Source: Psammoneis japonica
Lineage: Eukaryota
Assembly (NCBI GenBank): GCA_008632985.1
Contig: QPGO01000183.1
Location: forward strand, 124,001-148,479
DNA: 24,479 nt
Reading direction: 5' to 3'
The translations under genes and the position numbers were made by a program. Under the pieces are notes generated by a model, which was given only the letters and a program-made list of their open reading frames with translations, had not been told where the DNA came from and did no database searches. Every line of letters starts with the position of its first letter. The first letter of the stretch is position 1. Below, piece by piece: positions 22,391-24,479 of this stretch.

Positions 22391-23130
22391 GATGCGGTAC
22401 CTAGCAGCCCAGCTCCGAGTGCCACACCGACAGTTATGACATTGACACCCCCAGCACCTCTGACGAGTGCTCCATCAAGCAGTGTTGATCCAAGTGAAGC
22501 GCCGTGACATACAACAAGTACAAGCCCTGCTCCCAGTTTGGCACCAAGCAATTCTCCCAGCGCAAGTCCAGCACCAAGCTCAACTCCAAGTCAAGAACCA
22601 TCAGCAAGCCCGGCTCCGAGCAACACACCAACTCACACGAACCGACCACCAAGTCGCAGTCCTGCACCGAGTGAGACTCCCAGTGCATCTCCAAGCAGCA
22701 GTCCAGTGCCAAGTGATTTGCTGAGTGAGTTGCCCAGTGCAAGTGCTGCCCCAAGTTCTGTGCTGAGCAACGCTCCCAGTGCAAGTCCAGCACCGAGTGA
22801 CGCATCAACACACACAACTCTGCCTCCAAGTTTGAGTCCGGCACCAAGCGAGGCACCCAGTGTGGCACCAAGTGGCAGCCCGGCACCAAGTGATTTGCCA
22901 AGTGAATTGCCTGTGCCGAGCAATGCTCCCAGCGCAAGATGCCATCTCAAGCTCCCAGTTTGAGTTCAGCACCAAGCACTTCTCCCAGCATGGCTCCAAG
23001 TGCAGGGTTCGCTCCGTCCGCCTGCCCAGCTCCCAGTGAATTCCCAAGCACAAGTCCCAGTTCCAGCCACACCTTAAGTCGTGCTCCAAACAGCATGCCA
23101 AGCCGCAGCCCACCCCAAGTGACACTCCCA
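22391..23130 (+). pseudogene. Pro/Ser/Thr-rich xAPSxxPS mucin-like repeat coding segment, disrupted
   Basis: Many SPAPS/APS/PSASP units. There is an in-frame TGA at 22505 and a frameshift near 22940. Confidence 0.7.
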
Positions 23131-24479
23131 GTGGCGTGCCATCTAAAAGTCCTGGATGCTCGCAATTTGGGCTGGATGGATTCCTTGGCATGGGAGCATG
23201 GGCTTCTCCGAGTGGATGTGTTTGAGCAGACAGTGGAAACAGAAGGATTTGCAAGTCCGGCACTCCATGTCAGTGCTGTCAGGGAGGAGACAATTTGTGC
23301 GCTGATGGGATCAGAGGCAAAGTTCAGGTGCGGCAAAGTGCAGAGCATCTTCTCTGCTTCCAACAGTGTGCCAACTTCTGTGTTGCACATCCTGTCCAGG
23401 CAATCATCAAGAGATGCCCTGGAAACTGGATGGATCATGTGCCTCGCACAACTTCTTCCAACACCGTGCAGCAACTGTGACAGCTGCATGTGGCTCTTGC
23501 TCAAGCCCATGGCATTGGCACACTCAACAATTGACCAGACAACTTCATCGGATGAACCTTGCATCGCAATCTCATCAACTGTGACATCTTGTCTGCTGGA
23601 AGGGTGTTGGTCATGCCTTCTTCTGCTGATGAGCACAGGAAAAGACAGAGATGCAACTGAGGAGACAGATGAATTGTGAGACAAATGGTCAGCAATTTGT
23701 CTTTGTCCCAGGTTGCAAATGATGTTTGGGATTTGAAGCTGACCTTTTGAATCTTCCAAGTGGCACCCCAGCAGTGTCCCACAGCACATCTCCTGTGTGC
23801 AAGATGGACAGACTTGTTGCTCTGGGCCACCTGCCTGTGGCCAGCACTGCCACTTTGGCTCAAGCCTTTGCCCACAGATTTGGTCCAAACCTGTGCAGCA
23901 GCTTTTGCCCATGGGAGTTCCACACAGGCAAGGCATGACCCAACTGGCCATTAAGCAGTTGACACATCTTGCATGAAGCAGCGGCTGTGCAGAACTGCAC
24001 AGTGCCAAATGCAGCCATTGTCACACAGGGACTCAAGCTCCATGTGTCTTGCTGTCTTGCACATGCAAGTTGCGCGTGCAGAATTTTTTCACAATCTCTG
24101 CAACACCAGACTCACATGTTGCTGCCTGAGTGCTTGGACCCCCCCATTCCTGCACAGTTTTGCTGCAACACTGCCACCTCAAGTGCAAAAATGCCAGCCC
24201 AGCTGGCTGCCACCACAGAATGTTGCTCTGCCTGCTCTCTGAGGCTGTTCAGCCAACAGGGGAGCAGACAGCAGAGATCGAGAGCAGAAATTGCAAAAAT
24301 GTTGCTCATGCACCAGTTGAGAGTGGGCACAAACATTTTTCAAAATTGCCGCTTCTCATTGAGTGTGGTGCACCCATTGTGCATGTTGGCACAGGTGCCA
24401 AGATGACAAGATTTCCAAGATTGCACCTGTTTGACACAAATGGTTGCAGATGCTGCGTTTCATGATTGACTGCAGAGAG
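22521..24479. other. Second TpA-erased, TG/CA-rich block, running off the window end
   Basis: Only three TpA found by eye (about 23075 TTAA, 23144 CTAA, 23952 TTAA). CpG also looks sparse, and the ORFs lack Tyr. Confidence 0.9.

Noticed and set aside
23740..23810. Minus-strand LWDTAG as a small GTPase G3 motif
   Set aside because: No P-loop or NKxD motif is recognisable nearby, so it is likely chance.

Overview
Eukaryotic DNA, most likely from a pennate diatom. This is inferred from GTACGT/GTAAGT donors with CTCAC-type branch points, an HA-domain relic, a class-C GPCR relic and xAPSxxPS mucin-like repeats. Normal-composition stretches (about 1-6490 and 16630-22520) carry mostly broken genes: an E2F-like factor with a long PPPPLLxxxSSx[DE]W repeat tail, a Ctr copper transporter, an importin-alpha, a YAK1/DYRK kinase and a GABA-B-like GPCR. 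One gene looks intact, a membrane protein with three Tudor/SH3-like modules. Two sharply bounded blocks (about 6495-16626 and 22521-24479) have almost no TpA dinucleotides. By eye I count about 25 TpA in 10 kb and 3 in 2 kb, and most survivors sit in YTAR context. In the one recognisable domain relic there (HA), positions expected to be Tyr read Cys or His. The pattern fits a region-targeted TpA->TpG/CpA hypermutation process, opposite in polarity to fungal RIP, and is the main candidate novel system. All counts are manual and no database searches were run.
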